Source of the DNA: Actinomycetota bacterium
GTDB taxonomy: Bacteria > Actinomycetota > Thermoleophilia > BMS3ABIN01
Direction: 5' to 3'
Assembly (NCBI GenBank): GCA_023489275.1
Contig: JAMDDD010000009.1
Span: 436-64,435, forward strand
Length of the DNA: 64,000 nt
The position numbers were made by a program, and so were the translations under genes. The notes under the pieces were generated by a model. The model made no database searches and was not told the origin of the DNA. It was given only the letters and a program-made list of their open reading frames with translations. Each line of letters begins with the position of its first letter. Position 1 is the stretch's first letter. Below are positions 1 through 12,479 of this stretch, piece after piece.

Positions 1-453
1 CTGGCGGCCTGCCCGTCCATCATCAAAGCGGGAACGCCAGTGGTGGCCGATCTTCCCGAGCCATTTCCCGGCCCCGGTCCCGAGACATCCGGTAACATCG
101 TGGGGGCAATCAAGACGGCGGATTTCTTTGTCTGCAGCGATGAGAGGTCGCGCCGCTCCTGGCTGAAGGCGCTCGAGTCCGGCGGGCGCGTCAACCCTCA
201 TACGCGCAAGGGAGATCCCGGACTCAGGAAGCTGATCGACGTGGTGGCGGTTCCCGGAGACGGTCCGCCGGGCGGCGCCGGTACAGTGGCGGCGATTACT
301 CCACTGGAGCGGTTTTGTGCTGCTCCCCGGTTTGCCCGGGACCGGGGCACAAATTACAATTCCGCGAAATTGCCGCCGAAGCAGAGAAACGGGATTTTCC
401 ACCGCGGGCTGAGGCGAATCCGCTACCGGCTCCGTGCTGCCCGGGCGGGCTAG
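1..453 (+). CDS. 3' end of an upstream gene (partial, unknown function); frame 1 is open from window start to stop at 451-453
   Basis: Frame-1 ORF runs in from the window edge; no recognisable motif; true C-terminus uncertain in this high-GC context. Confidence 0.25.
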   Translation: MAACPSIIKAGTPVVADLPEPFPGPGPETSGNIVGAIKTADFFVCSDERSRRSWLKALESGGRVNPHTRKGDPGLRKLIDVVAVPGDGPPGGAGTVAAITPLERFCAAPRFARDRGTNYNSAKLPPKQRNGIFHRGLRRIRYRLRAARAG

Positions 454-579
454 CGGGCCGGGAAGCCGTTCTGCTATATTACCTAGGCTGATGAATTCGC
501 GTGTTGTGACATGCACGCTGCATGTTGCGGCCTGTTTAACCAGCGGATTTCCGGCAGACAGGCCGGGAAGGAGCAAGAG

Positions 580-1947
580 TTGACCTCAAATGTCAATCCA
601 CAGATATTCCGCGAGTACGATATCCGCGGGCTGGTGGGCGAGGACCTAACCGAGGAAACGGTCGAGCTGCTCGGAAAGGCGTACGGGACTTACTGCCTTT
701 CATTTGGCCTCCGGGAGGCGATCGTCGCCCGCGACAACCGGCCCAGCTCCGAGCCGTACCGGGACGCCCTCATTGCCGGCATCACGTCAACCGGGTGCGA
801 CGTTATCGACGCCGGCGAAGCGCCGACCCCGGTCTTTTATTTCTCGCTGCATGAGTACAAAAAACAGGCCGGGGTAATGATCACCGGCAGCCATAACCCG
901 CCCGAATATAACGGGTTCAAGCTCTGCCGCGGACACGGCACCATTTACGGGGAAGAGATCCAGAAAATCAAGGCCATCATTGACGCCGGTCAGTTTGCCA
1001 CCGGCGCCGGCGCCGTTTCGATTGCCGATCCGATTCCCGCCTATCTCGGTTTCATCGCCGGCAACGTCAAGCCGGCGCGGCCGCTCAAAGTAGTGGTTGA
1101 CGCCGGCAACGGAGTCGGCGGCAAGGTGGCGCCCGGGTTGCTTAAAAGATTGGGATGTGAGGTCGTCGAGCTGTACTGCGACCTCGACGGCAGCTTCCCC
1201 AACCATTTTCCCGATCCCACCGTCCCCGCCAACCTGGAAGATCTCCGGAAACTGGTGCAGACAGGGGGCGCCGATCTGGGCATAGCGCTCGACGGCGACG
1301 CCGACAGGATCGGCGCCGTTGCTGATGACGGCGCCGTTATCTGGGGTGACCAGTTGATGATTCTTTTTTCACGCGATATTCTCCGCGACAATCCCGGTGG
1401 CACCATCATTTTCGAGGTCAAGTGTTCCCAGGCGCTCGTTGAGGATGTCGCTGCCCACGGCGGTGTGCCGCTGATGTGGAAGACCGGCCATTCTCTCATC
1501 GAAGCCAAGATCCGCGAGGAGAAAGCGCTGCTGGCCGGCGAGATGAGCGGCCATATTTATTTCGCGGACCGCTACTTCGGTTATGACGACGCGATTTACT
1601 CAGCCTGCCGGCTGGTTGAGCTGGTGGCCCGGCAGGAGGACACGCTGTCGCGGATGATGGCGGACATTCCTGTTTATTACGCCACCCCAGAAATGAGAAT
1701 TGAGTCAACAGAAGAAGAAAAATGGCAAATCGTGGAAACTGTCAAGCAAGAGTTCTCGCGTGATTATGAGGTCATCGACATCGACGGCGCCAGGGTTGTC
1801 TTTCCGGATGGCTGGGGGCTGGTGCGCGCATCCAATACGTCGCCGGTGGTGGTCGTGCGCTGCGAAGCCAAGACTCCGGAGCGCCGCGACCAGATCAAGG
1901 ATTTGATTCTGGAAAAGTTGCGGCGGTTTCCATCCGTGAAAATCTGA
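580..1947 (+). CDS. phosphoglucomutase/phosphomannomutase (alpha-D-phosphohexomutase family)
   Basis: Active-site motif TGSHNPPEYNGFK and metal-binding DGDADR in translation; likely TTG start at 580 after GGAGCAAGAG RBS (ORF track starts 511). Confidence 0.85.
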   Translation: MTSNVNPQIFREYDIRGLVGEDLTEETVELLGKAYGTYCLSFGLREAIVARDNRPSSEPYRDALIAGITSTGCDVIDAGEAPTPVFYFSLHEYKKQAGVMITGSHNPPEYNGFKLCRGHGTIYGEEIQKIKAIIDAGQFATGAGAVSIADPIPAYLGFIAGNVKPARPLKVVVDAGNGVGGKVAPGLLKRLGCEVVELYCDLDGSFPNHFPDPTVPANLEDLRKLVQTGGADLGIALDGDADRIGAVADDGAVIWGDQLMILFSRDILRDNPGGTIIFEVKCSQALVEDVAAHGGVPLMWKTGHSLIEAKIREEKALLAGEMSGHIYFADRYFGYDDAIYSACRLVELVARQEDTLSRMMADIPVYYATPEMRIESTEEEKWQIVETVKQEFSRDYEVIDIDGARVVFPDGWGLVRASNTSPVVVVRCEAKTPERRDQIKDLILEKLRRFPSVKI

Positions 1948-2009
1948 GCCCGGCAGCCTTTTTTTCAGCTGGAACTGGGAACTTTGAAGCTGTTCCGAAG
2001 GAGTGATCC

Positions 2010-3089
2010 ATGACAGAGCAACCGGGAGCCGGCGCGGTAAGCAGGCTGGACGACACCGATTATATTAAATCGCTCGATTCCCAGGACCAGTTCGGCATGG
2101 TCGCCGGCCTCGCCCGGCAAGTTCGGGACGCCTACGCCGCCAGCCGTGATGTGATCGAGGACGGCAGCGCCGAGCTTGGAGGCGTCGTGGTGGCCGGCAT
2201 GGGCGGCTCCGCCATCAGCGGCGACATCGCCGGCGCCGCCTATGAAACCTCTCTGGCCGGCCCGATGGCGACCATCCGGGGATATCATCTGCCGGAGTGG
2301 GTCAGCAGCCGCACCCTCGTGTTTGCCGTCAGCTATTCCGGCAACACCGAGGAGACGCTCGGCTGCCTCGCCGAAGCCCTGGAGCGCGGCAGTTACACCG
2401 TCTGCATCAGCTCGGGGGGGGCGGTAGCCGAGATCGCCGCCCGGGAGCTTCTGCCCTTAATCAAGATCCCGGCCGGCCTGCAGCCACGCGCCGCCAGCGG
2501 CTATCTTGCCATTCCGGTTGTTGCCGGCCTGGAGAGCCTGGGGCTGGCCGCCGATGTCGAAGCCGATGTTGACGAAACGGCGGGTGTGCTGTCTCTCCTC
2601 GCTGAGCTCTACGGCCCGGAGGTTCCCTTCGCCGACAACCCGGCCAAGCAGCTCGCCGTCAGGCTGCTGGACCGGATACCGGTCATTTATGGCGCCGAGC
2701 TGACCGCGGTTGCCGCCCGCCGCTGGAAAACACAGATCAATGAGAACGCCAAATCGCTTGCTTTCTACAATGAATTTCCCGAGCTAAACCATAACGAGAT
2801 CGTCGGCTGGGACAAGCCGGAATCGGTGACGGGCGCCTTTAGCGTCATCTATTTAAAAGACGAGCGGCTCCATTCTCAAAACGTCAAACGCATGGATATC
2901 ACCGGAGAGCTCCTAAGAAAATATGTCGGTGAGATTTACGAGCATCGAACCTCCGGACGCTGCCGCCTGGCCCGGCTGTTCTCAAGTTTCTATCTGGGAG
3001 ACTTTGTCTCGCTGTATATGGCCGTGCTGGAAGGGATAGACCCGTCTCCGGTAGACAGGATTGAGGAGTTGAAACACAGGCTGGCGTAA
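2010..3089 (+). CDS. bifunctional phosphoglucose/phosphomannose isomerase (SIS-domain PGI/PMI family)
   Basis: SIS motif GMGGSAISGD, ~359 aa, adjacent to PGM/PMM gene. Confidence 0.75.
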   Translation: MTEQPGAGAVSRLDDTDYIKSLDSQDQFGMVAGLARQVRDAYAASRDVIEDGSAELGGVVVAGMGGSAISGDIAGAAYETSLAGPMATIRGYHLPEWVSSRTLVFAVSYSGNTEETLGCLAEALERGSYTVCISSGGAVAEIAARELLPLIKIPAGLQPRAASGYLAIPVVAGLESLGLAADVEADVDETAGVLSLLAELYGPEVPFADNPAKQLAVRLLDRIPVIYGAELTAVAARRWKTQINENAKSLAFYNEFPELNHNEIVGWDKPESVTGAFSVIYLKDERLHSQNVKRMDITGELLRKYVGEIYEHRTSGRCRLARLFSSFYLGDFVSLYMAVLEGIDPSPVDRIEELKHRLA

Positions 3090-3265
3090 AGCCTGCCAGG
3101 CAATTCATAGCCAGGCCGAGCGGCAGAAACCGGATTTCGGATTTTGGATATTGGCCCTGGATACTGAAATTCGATTTAACAAAACAGGGTTTGATTGTAT
3201 CTAAAACCAGATATCCAGAGTCCGGTAGCTGTTTGTCAGCTCTACAATCAAAAGCCCGCATCTAG

Positions 3266-4696
<1,431 letters not shown>

Positions 4697-4817
4697 AAAA
4701 GCAGATGGTGGATCAGCAAAGGGATGACAGGTTTGCCCAAGACATTTGCATGATCAGTAACTTTGAACTTTGAACTTGGAACGAGTCACGGCAAAAAACT
4801 AAAAAAGTAAAATCGCA

Positions 4818-5870
4818 ATGTCAAAAACAGAGTATAACGTCAAAACCATAGAGTGGCAGAGCGATGAGGTCGTGATGATTGACCAGCGGGTGCTGCCGCT
4901 TGATGAGAAGTACATTCATCACAAAACCTGGCAGGAAGTAGGGGATTCGATCAAGACGATGGTCATCCGCGGCGCGCCGGCGATCGGGGTCGCCACCGCC
5001 ATGGGCATGGCGCTCGCCGCCATGCAGTCTCCGGCCACGACATATGAAGCGCTGAAGCAGGATCTCGATGCCGCCGCCCAGGGATTGTTCATCACCAGGC
5101 CCACCGCCTATAACCTGGGCTGGGCCCTTCAGGAGCAGGCCAAAATTTATAACGAGCCTGGCGATCCCGACGATATCCGCCGCCGCCTCAAGGAGCGCTC
5201 CCAGGAGATTCTCGACGAGGACATCGCCATGTGCGTTGCCATTGGGGAGCACGGGGCGCCGCTCTTTCCCAAGGGAGCCCGCATCCTCACGCACTGCAAT
5301 GCGGGAGCGCTGGCGACGGCCGGCTACGGAACGGCGCTGGGCGTCATCCGGTCGGTATTCAAGCGGGACCCGAGCATCATGGTTTACGCCGACGAGACGC
5401 GGCCTTTTTTGCAGGGAGCCCGGCTGACCGCCTGGGAGCTGCAGCAGGAAGGCATCCCCTGCTGCCTGATTACGGACAATATGTCCGGCTACTTTTTTAA
5501 GAAGGGTGAAATCGACGCTGTCGTGGTCGGCTCGGACCGCATCGCTGCCAACGGGGATGTCGCCAACAAGATCGGGACTTACACCGTCTCGGTGCTGGCA
5601 AAAGCGCATGGCGCGCCTTTCTACGTTGCGGCGCCGACATCAACAGTGGACCTGAGCATTCCCCACGGCGATCACATTCCCATTGAAGAGCGAGATCCGG
5701 CAGAGGTTACCCACTTCCGGGAAGTGCAGTGCGCCCCCAGCGGCATCGACGTCTGCAATCCCGCTTTTGACGTGACCCCTCACGAGAACGTCAGCGCCAT
5801 TATCACTGAGGCCGGCGTACACCTGGAACCCTATTCGGAAAGCCTGGCCGCCGCGAAGAAAGGCAAATAA
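4818..5870 (+). CDS. mtnA: S-methyl-5-thioribose-1-phosphate isomerase (eIF-2B-like family)
   Basis: 350 aa, conserved GAPAIG and CNAGALAT and DRIAANGD motifs. Confidence 0.85.
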   Translation: MSKTEYNVKTIEWQSDEVVMIDQRVLPLDEKYIHHKTWQEVGDSIKTMVIRGAPAIGVATAMGMALAAMQSPATTYEALKQDLDAAAQGLFITRPTAYNLGWALQEQAKIYNEPGDPDDIRRRLKERSQEILDEDIAMCVAIGEHGAPLFPKGARILTHCNAGALATAGYGTALGVIRSVFKRDPSIMVYADETRPFLQGARLTAWELQQEGIPCCLITDNMSGYFFKKGEIDAVVVGSDRIAANGDVANKIGTYTVSVLAKAHGAPFYVAAPTSTVDLSIPHGDHIPIEERDPAEVTHFREVQCAPSGIDVCNPAFDVTPHENVSAIITEAGVHLEPYSESLAAAKKGK

Positions 5871-6989
5871 TTGAAGGCGATGGTACTCGCAGCCGGCCTG
5901 GGCACCCGCCTGAGGCCACTCACCGGCTCCATCTCCAAACCGATGGTGCCGATTGTCAACAGGCCGGTAATGTATCATATATTAAGTTTGGTCAAAAAAC
6001 ATGGATTTGACAAAGCTGTCGCCAATCTCCATTATCATCCGCACGCCATCACCAATTACTTTGGCCGGGGGCAGAATGTTGGCATCGAGCTTCGTTATTC
6101 GCTCGAGCCCAAGCTGCTGGGCACCGCCGGCGGCGTCAAGAATGTTGAGAACTTTCTTGGCGGCGGCAGCTTCCTGGTGATCAGCGGCGACGCCCTCACT
6201 GATCTTGATCTGACCAGGCTCGCCCGGCAGCACCAAGAGGCCGGCGGCATCGCTTCACTGGCGCTCAAACGGGTCAAGGACCCGAGCCGGTTCGGCGTTG
6301 TCATCCAGGGCGAGAACAACCGCATCGCCGGCTTTCAGGAAAAACCGCCTCCCGGGGAAGAGCTGAGCAATCTATGCAACTGCGGCATCTACATTTTCGA
6401 GCCGGAAATCTTTGATTACATCCCGGAGAAGAGTTTTTACGACTTTGGCAAGCAGGTCTTTCCCAATCTGGTCGCCAGGGGCGTTCCTTTCTACGGCTTC
6501 GAGATTGACGGTTACTGGAATGATGTCGGCAGTCTGGCCCAGTACCGCATCGGCAATTTCGACGCCCTTACCGGACAGGTCAAGGTGGAAATCCCCGGTG
6601 AAGAGATTCTTCCCGGCATCCATGTTGGCAAAGGCACCTACATCTCGAAGACCGCCAGGCTGGAGCCGCCGGTTCTCCTCGGCGACTACTGCCGGGTCGG
6701 TGAAGGGGCCAGCCTGATCGGGCCCCTCACCGTCGGTGATCACAGCGTCATTGAAGCCGGCGCTTCACTCGAAGGCGTGATTAAATGGCGGGCGGCCCAG
6801 ACCGGCGCCGGCGCCCAGGTAACCGGCGGCATCATTGGCACCGGGGCGCACATCCGGGATGATGTTCATATCGGCGACCGGGCTGTCGTGGGAGACCGGT
6901 GCGTCATCGGCGCCGGCAGCGTCATCGGCCCTGAGGTCAAGCTGGAGCCGTTTACCGTAATCGAGGCAGAAAGCCATATCGGAAACTAA
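5871..6989 (+). CDS. sugar-1-phosphate nucleotidyltransferase with C-terminal left-handed beta-helix (mannose-1-P guanylyltransferase-like)
   Basis: N-terminal MVLAAGLGTRLRPLT nucleotidyltransferase motif; hexapeptide repeats at C-terminus; TTG 5871 or ATG 5880 start. Confidence 0.8.
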   Translation: MKAMVLAAGLGTRLRPLTGSISKPMVPIVNRPVMYHILSLVKKHGFDKAVANLHYHPHAITNYFGRGQNVGIELRYSLEPKLLGTAGGVKNVENFLGGGSFLVISGDALTDLDLTRLARQHQEAGGIASLALKRVKDPSRFGVVIQGENNRIAGFQEKPPPGEELSNLCNCGIYIFEPEIFDYIPEKSFYDFGKQVFPNLVARGVPFYGFEIDGYWNDVGSLAQYRIGNFDALTGQVKVEIPGEEILPGIHVGKGTYISKTARLEPPVLLGDYCRVGEGASLIGPLTVGDHSVIEAGASLEGVIKWRAAQTGAGAQVTGGIIGTGAHIRDDVHIGDRAVVGDRCVIGAGSVIGPEVKLEPFTVIEAESHIGN

Positions 6990-7065
6990 GAAGTTTGGTT
7001 TGGCAGGGGGGCAACGCTTCTTACGCTGACGCCCCGGAAACAATCCTGAAGCTGAAGCGGCCGCC

Positions 7066-7806
7066 GTGGATGATGGCAAATTTTCCGTAGCAATACCGGA
7101 GCCGGGCTGGCTCGACACATTCCTGTCGCTGCTGTTCCCGCTCATGTGCGTTCACTGCGGGCAGCCAGGCGCCTGGCTCTGCCCCGCCTGCGCCGCTTCC
7201 CTGCGCCCGGTCGGGGCTCTTTCCTGCCGCCGCTGCGGCAGACCGAGCCTGTATGCAGTGGAAAGCTGCCGCGAATGCCGGGGGCGCTTTATGCATTTCG
7301 CCGGCGCCCGCGCCGGTTTTCATTTTGAGGGTCCCGCCCGCAGCATCGTGCACGGGCTCAAGTATGGCGGCCAGCGGCGGCTGGCTGGCCTGATGGCGGC
7401 AATTTCCGCCGATTTCAAGCATTTGACTGCTGCCGGGAAAGAAGTTACCCTAACTTACGTACCCATGCACAGGTCAAAACTGCTCATGCGCGGTTACAAT
7501 CAGGCTGAATGCTACGCCAGAGCGCTTTCCCGGCGCCATCACCTGCCTGTGCGGGGGCTTCTCACAAAAGTTCATCCAACCCCGCCCCAGAATCAGCTCG
7601 GCCTCGACCAGCGCGGCAAGAATGTCGCGGGGAGCTTTGCGCTGGCAAAAGGTGCACGGGTGAGCGGGCAGCAGGTGGTGTTAATCGATGACGTTTATAC
7701 CACCGGATCAACGGCAGACGCCTGCGCCCGGGTCCTGCGCCTCGAGCTGGGAGTGGTGGTAAACGTCTGGACTTTCGCCCGGACCGTCAGAAGGGAAACA
7801 GATTGA
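7066..7806 (+). CDS. comF: ComF-family phosphoribosyltransferase-domain protein
   Basis: N-terminal Cys4 zinc-finger (CVHCGQPG...CPACAASL...CRRCGRP...CRECRG) plus C-terminal PRTase motif VLIDDVYTTGST. Confidence 0.75.
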   Translation: MDDGKFSVAIPEPGWLDTFLSLLFPLMCVHCGQPGAWLCPACAASLRPVGALSCRRCGRPSLYAVESCRECRGRFMHFAGARAGFHFEGPARSIVHGLKYGGQRRLAGLMAAISADFKHLTAAGKEVTLTYVPMHRSKLLMRGYNQAECYARALSRRHHLPVRGLLTKVHPTPPQNQLGLDQRGKNVAGSFALAKGARVSGQQVVLIDDVYTTGSTADACARVLRLELGVVVNVWTFARTVRRETD

Positions 7807-7871
7807 AACATGGCGTTTAATCGCCGATACCGGGGGTATCAGGGGACTACAAACAAGCAGCGGAGGAATCA

Positions 7872-8426
7872 ATGAATCTGCAGATCAAGGGAAGAAATAT
7901 CACGGTGTCTGAAGCTCTGCGCTCCTACGTGGACGAAAAGCTGCTTAAGCTTGGCAAGCATTTAAACAGCGCCAGCACGATGGAAGTGGAGCTTTTCTGC
8001 GAGAAGAATCCCAGCATCTCCGACAACCAGGTTGCAGAAGCGACAATCTTCACCAAGGGGCCGGTCATCCGCGCCAAAGGCGCCTCCACTGACATGTACG
8101 CCTCGATTGATCTGGTCGCCGACAAGCTGAGCCGCCAGGTAAAGAAGTACCGGAGCAAACTGGTCAGCCATAATTCTCACGTGCGCGGCAGTTTGCCTCC
8201 AGAGCAGGGAGAATTGCCGGAGGTTGAAGCGGAAGTGGAGCCGGAACAGCCCGGAATCGTTAAAACCAAATCATTCACGGTAAAACCTATGTCGGCGGAA
8301 GAGGCGGCGCTGCAACTGGAAATGATCGGCCATGATTTCTTCGTCTTCCGAAATTCGGAGTCAAACGACACCAATGTGATCTATCGCCGCCGCGACGGAA
8401 ATTACGGGCTAATCGAGCCGAAATAG
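7872..8426 (+). CDS. hpf: ribosome hibernation promoting factor (long HPF)
   Basis: 184 aa, sigma-54 modulation/RaiA N-domain plus C-terminal dimerisation domain; located just upstream of secA as is common. Confidence 0.85.
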   Translation: MNLQIKGRNITVSEALRSYVDEKLLKLGKHLNSASTMEVELFCEKNPSISDNQVAEATIFTKGPVIRAKGASTDMYASIDLVADKLSRQVKKYRSKLVSHNSHVRGSLPPEQGELPEVEAEVEPEQPGIVKTKSFTVKPMSAEEAALQLEMIGHDFFVFRNSESNDTNVIYRRRDGNYGLIEPK

Positions 8427-8498
8427 CCATGTTCGCCGGAGATCGCTGCCGCACCGCCGGGACATCTTCCGGCGCTGTCCGGTCTGCTAGAATATTTA

Positions 8499-11090
8499 TT
8501 GATCATGGTTAAGTTGTTCGACAAGGTCCTTCGCGCCGGCGAGGGAAAGAAATTCAAGAAGCTTCAGGAGCGCGTCGTCGCCATCTCGGCCCTGGAAGAC
8601 GAGATCAAAGCTCTCGGAGACGACGAGCTCAGAGCCAGGACGCCGGCCTTTAAAGAGCGCCTGGCAAATGGCGAGACGCTCGATGACATCCTCCCGGAAG
8701 CCTTCGCCGTCGTCCGCGAGGTCTCGCAGCGCACGCTCGGGATGCGGCACTTTGACGTTCAGCTCATCGGAGGCGTCGCCTTGCATGAAGGCAACATCGC
8801 CGAGATGAAGACCGGCGAGGGCAAGACCCTGGTCGCCACGCTCCCCGTTTATCTCAACGCCCTCAGCGGCAACCAGGTGCACGTGGTCACCGTCAACGAT
8901 TATCTGGCCCGGCGCGACGCCGAGTGGATGAGCCCAATCTATAACTTCCTGGGAATGGAGGCCGGCGTCCTCCGCAACATGATGCCGAATGACGAGCGCC
9001 GCGCCGCTTACGCCTGCGACATCATCTACGGGACCAACTCCGAGTTCGGCTTTGACTATCTGCGCGATAACATGGCGCACAGCCTTGACGAGATCGTCCA
9101 GCGCGGCCATTCATTTGCCATTGTTGACGAGGTGGACAGCATCCTCATCGACGAGGCCCGGACGCCGCTGATCATCTCGGGCGCGCCCGAGGAAGCCGCC
9201 GCCACTTATTATAAATTTGCCGCCATCGTTCCGCTTTTGCGGGAAGATGATGACTATGAAGTCGACGAGAAGCACCGCACCGTGTCCGTGACCGAATCCG
9301 GCGTCGCCAAGGTGGAGAAGCAACTCGGCATTGAGAACCTGTATGAGTCAAAGAACGGTCAGCTGGTCAATCATTTGATGCAGGCCCTGCGGGCCCATGC
9401 CCTGTTTCAAAAAGATGTCGAGTACGTGGTCAAGGATGGCGAGGTCCTCATCGTGGACGAATTTACCGGCCGCATCATGGAAGGGCGCCGTTACTCCGAG
9501 GGCCTGCACCAGGCGATTGAAGCCAAGGAGAGGGTGCGCATCCGCGAAGAAAACCAGACGCTGGCGACGATCACCCTGCAAAATTACTTTCGCATGTATG
9601 ACAAGCTGGGCGGCATGACCGGCACGGCGGCCACCGAGGCCGATGAGTTCATGCATATCTACAAGCTGGAAGTGGTCAGCATCCCCCCGAACCGCCCGAT
9701 GGTCCGTGATGACCGCAATGATCTGATTTACAAGACCAAGAAGGGCAAGTTTAACGCCGTCATTGACGACATCGCCGCCTGTCACAAGCGCGGCCAGCCG
9801 GTGCTGGTCGGCACCATCTCGATCGAAACGTCCGAGGAGCTGAGCGCCAAGCTCACCCGCCGGGGCATCAGGCATAACGTGCTTAACGCCAAGCAACACG
9901 AAAAAGAAGCGGAGATCATCAAGGACGCTGGCCAGGCGGGAGCCGTGACGATCGCCACCAACATGGCGGGCCGCGGCGTCGATATCAAGCTGGGGGAAGG
10001 CGTCACCGACCTGGGCGGCCTTTACGTGCTCGGCACCGAGCGCCACGAGAGCCGCCGGATCGACAATCAGCTCCGGGGGCGCGGCGGCCGCCAGGGCGAT
10101 CCGGGCGCCTCGCGCTTTTATCTCTCCGCCGAAGACGATCTCATCCGCCTGTTTGCCGGCGACCGCATTTACCGGATTCTGGACCGTCTGGGACCGGAAG
10201 AAGAAATGCCTATCGAGCACAAGATGCTTAGCAAAACTGTGGAAAATGCGCAAAGAAAGGTGGAAGAGCAAAACTTTCAGATGCGCAAGCGCGTGCTGGA
10301 ATATGACGACGTGATGAACAAGCAGCGCGAGGTCATCTACGAACAGCGCCGCAAGATTCTCGAAGGCGATGATATCAGTGAAGACGTCAAGGAAATTATC
10401 AACGACGTTCTGACAGCCACGGTGCTCGAATACGCCAACAAGGATGAGTATCCGGAAGACTGGGACTGGGACAAGCTGCTTGCCTCGATCAAGTCAATTT
10501 ACGACATCCGTTTCGGGCTGGAAGACTTTGACATAACCGACACAACTGTGGATGACGTGCTGGAAAAGGTCATCGGCGACGCGGAACAAGTGTACGCCGT
10601 CAAGGAAGCGGAATTCAGCTCCGAACACATGCGGCAGCTGGAAAGGCTGGTGATGCTGGGGGTCGTGGATGCGCGCTGGCGTGAGCACCTGTACGACATG
10701 GATTACCTGCGTGAAGGTATCCACTGGCGGGGGCTCTCCCAGAAGGACCCGCTGGTGGAATATAAGGCAGAAGGCTACAACATGTTCCAGGAGCTGCTCG
10801 ATTCAATCAAGGAAGATTTTACCCGCACGATTTTTCATATGAACCGCGTGCCAGAAGAGCAGATGCCGGAGCGCCGGGAAGAAGATTTAAGCTATACCTA
10901 CAGCGACGGGTTCACGCCGGCGCCCTTGAGCTCGCCCGAGCCAGGTCCGCCGGCGGCGGGCGCTGCCGGCGCGGCAGCCGCGGCTCCGGCCGCAACCGCG
11001 GTGACCACGATGAAATCGGAAAAAGTCGGCCGTAACGATCCCTGCCCCTGCGGCTCCGGCAAGAAATACAAAAAGTGCTGCGGGGCCTAA
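8499..11090 (+). CDS. secA: preprotein translocase ATPase SecA
   Basis: 863 aa, DEAD-motor motifs ([28 protein letters not shown]), C-terminal zinc finger [14 protein letters not shown]. Confidence 0.97.
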   Translation: MIMVKLFDKVLRAGEGKKFKKLQERVVAISALEDEIKALGDDELRARTPAFKERLANGETLDDILPEAFAVVREVSQRTLGMRHFDVQLIGGVALHEGNIAEMKTGEGKTLVATLPVYLNALSGNQVHVVTVNDYLARRDAEWMSPIYNFLGMEAGVLRNMMPNDERRAAYACDIIYGTNSEFGFDYLRDNMAHSLDEIVQRGHSFAIVDEVDSILIDEARTPLIISGAPEEAAATYYKFAAIVPLLREDDDYEVDEKHRTVSVTESGVAKVEKQLGIENLYESKNGQLVNHLMQALRAHALFQKDVEYVVKDGEVLIVDEFTGRIMEGRRYSEGLHQAIEAKERVRIREENQTLATITLQNYFRMYDKLGGMTGTAATEADEFMHIYKLEVVSIPPNRPMVRDDRNDLIYKTKKGKFNAVIDDIAACHKRGQPVLVGTISIETSEELSAKLTRRGIRHNVLNAKQHEKEAEIIKDAGQAGAVTIATNMAGRGVDIKLGEGVTDLGGLYVLGTERHESRRIDNQLRGRGGRQGDPGASRFYLSAEDDLIRLFAGDRIYRILDRLGPEEEMPIEHKMLSKTVENAQRKVEEQNFQMRKRVLEYDDVMNKQREVIYEQRRKILEGDDISEDVKEIINDVLTATVLEYANKDEYPEDWDWDKLLASIKSIYDIRFGLEDFDITDTTVDDVLEKVIGDAEQVYAVKEAEFSSEHMRQLERLVMLGVVDARWREHLYDMDYLREGIHWRGLSQKDPLVEYKAEGYNMFQELLDSIKEDFTRTIFHMNRVPEEQMPERREEDLSYTYSDGFTPAPLSSPEPGPPAAGAAGAAAAAPAATAVTTMKSEKVGRNDPCPCGSGKKYKKCCGA

Positions 11091-11098
11091 GGACTGCC

Positions 11099-12248
11099 TT
11101 GAGCAAACCGGCGCCGGTTCACACCATTGACGAGCTCGAGGACCTGCTCTCACAAGTGCGGGAAAAGTTCCAGTGGCTGGGTGATTACCTTTGACCCGGC
11201 GGCGCTGGAAAAGAAGTCCGCGCAGATCGTAACCCGCATGCAGCAGGAGGATTTCTGGTCCGATAAACCCGCCGCCGCCAGCTTAAGCGCCGATTACCGC
11301 CGCGCCAAACGGCGCCTGGAGCGTTACCGGCGCGCCGCGTCCGAGGTCGGCGATAGCGAAGCAATGGTGGAAATCGCCCGCGAGGCGGTCGCTTCCGGGG
11401 GACCGGAAGCTGAAACAGAATTCCTCGCCGAAACCCACGCGGCCCTTAAGGCAACTCTCAACCATCTGGAGCGCCTCGAAGAAGAGCGTCTCTTTAGCGG
11501 CAAGTACGATGACGGTGACGCCGTTCTTGTCATTCATCCTGGTGCGGGCGGCACTGAGTCGCAGGACTGGGCGGAAATGCTGCTGCGGATGTATCTGCGC
11601 TGGGCCGACCGGCGCGGCTTTAAGGCCGAAATCAATGAAGCCACCGCCGGTGACGAGGCTGGCCTTAAAAGCGCCACGGTGACCATCCACGGCGATAACG
11701 CCTACGGGCTGCTCTCATCCGAGCGCGGCGTTCACCGCCTGGTGCGGATCTCGCCCTTTGACGCGGCCAGCCGCCGCCATACCAGCTTTGCCGCCGTTGA
11801 AGTAAGCCCGCTGGTGGAGGAAGACGTCGAAATTGAGATTGACGACAAGGATTTGCGGATTGAAACCTACCGGGCCAGCGGCGCCGGCGGCCAGCACGTA
11901 AATAAGACCGATTCGGCGGTGCGTATCACTCATATGCCCACCGGGTTGGTGGCGCAATGCCAGAACGAGCGCTCGCAGCTCTCCAATAAAAATACTGCCA
12001 TGAAACTGCTGAAAGGCAAGCTGGTTGAGCTGAAGGAACGCGAGCGGGCGGCGGCAATGGAGAAGGAGCGCGGCGAGCTGGCCGAGATCGCCTGGGGCAG
12101 CCAGATCCGCTCCTACGTGCTGGCTCCCTACCAGATGATCAAGGACCACCGCACCAGTTATGAGACCGGAAATGCCCAGGCGGTGCTGGACGGCGACATT
12201 GACGCGTTCATCCACGCGTACCTGGTAAAGCGGGCGGGAAAGAAGTAG
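11099..12248 (+). CDS. prfB: peptide chain release factor 2 with programmed +1 frameshift (CTT TGA C at 11189-11195)
   Basis: Frame switches +1 at in-frame UGA 11192-11194 inside the canonical CUU UGA C shifty site; downstream frame has SPF and GGQ motifs (RASGAGGQHVNKT); TTG start at 11099. Confidence 0.9.
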
Positions 12249-12479
12249 AACCGGACTCCGGACACCGGACTCCGGGCTCTGGATTTAATCAAGCCGCAGA
12301 CTTCTTAACAGCCGGCATCTTAAGTGCAATCACGGTCTTTTCGCGGCATGGCTCACGAACAGCCGAGGGGACAGGGTCTTATGCTTTGCCGGTATTTCCG
12401 CTAGAATCATCTGATGTAAACTGTCGGTTGCCGGCGCTTTGACTTTCCTCGCCGGGTTGAACCTGTCATCGGGAGTGCC

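Noticed and set aside
9348-10271. 307-aa ORF antisense to secA, and many similar long ORFs antisense to or out of frame with confidently called genes (for example 787-1508, 3274-3756, 4821-5609, 17754-18548, 53046-54014, 60450-61193)
   Set aside because: They lie entirely inside strongly supported genes, have low-complexity Arg/Ala/Pro-rich translations typical of high-GC off-frames, and lack motifs or an RBS.
12249-12300. Tandem CCGGACTCCGG palindromes after prfB as a terminator
   Set aside because: There are hairpins but no U-tract. It may be a Rho-dependent or attenuating structure, with too little evidence to call.
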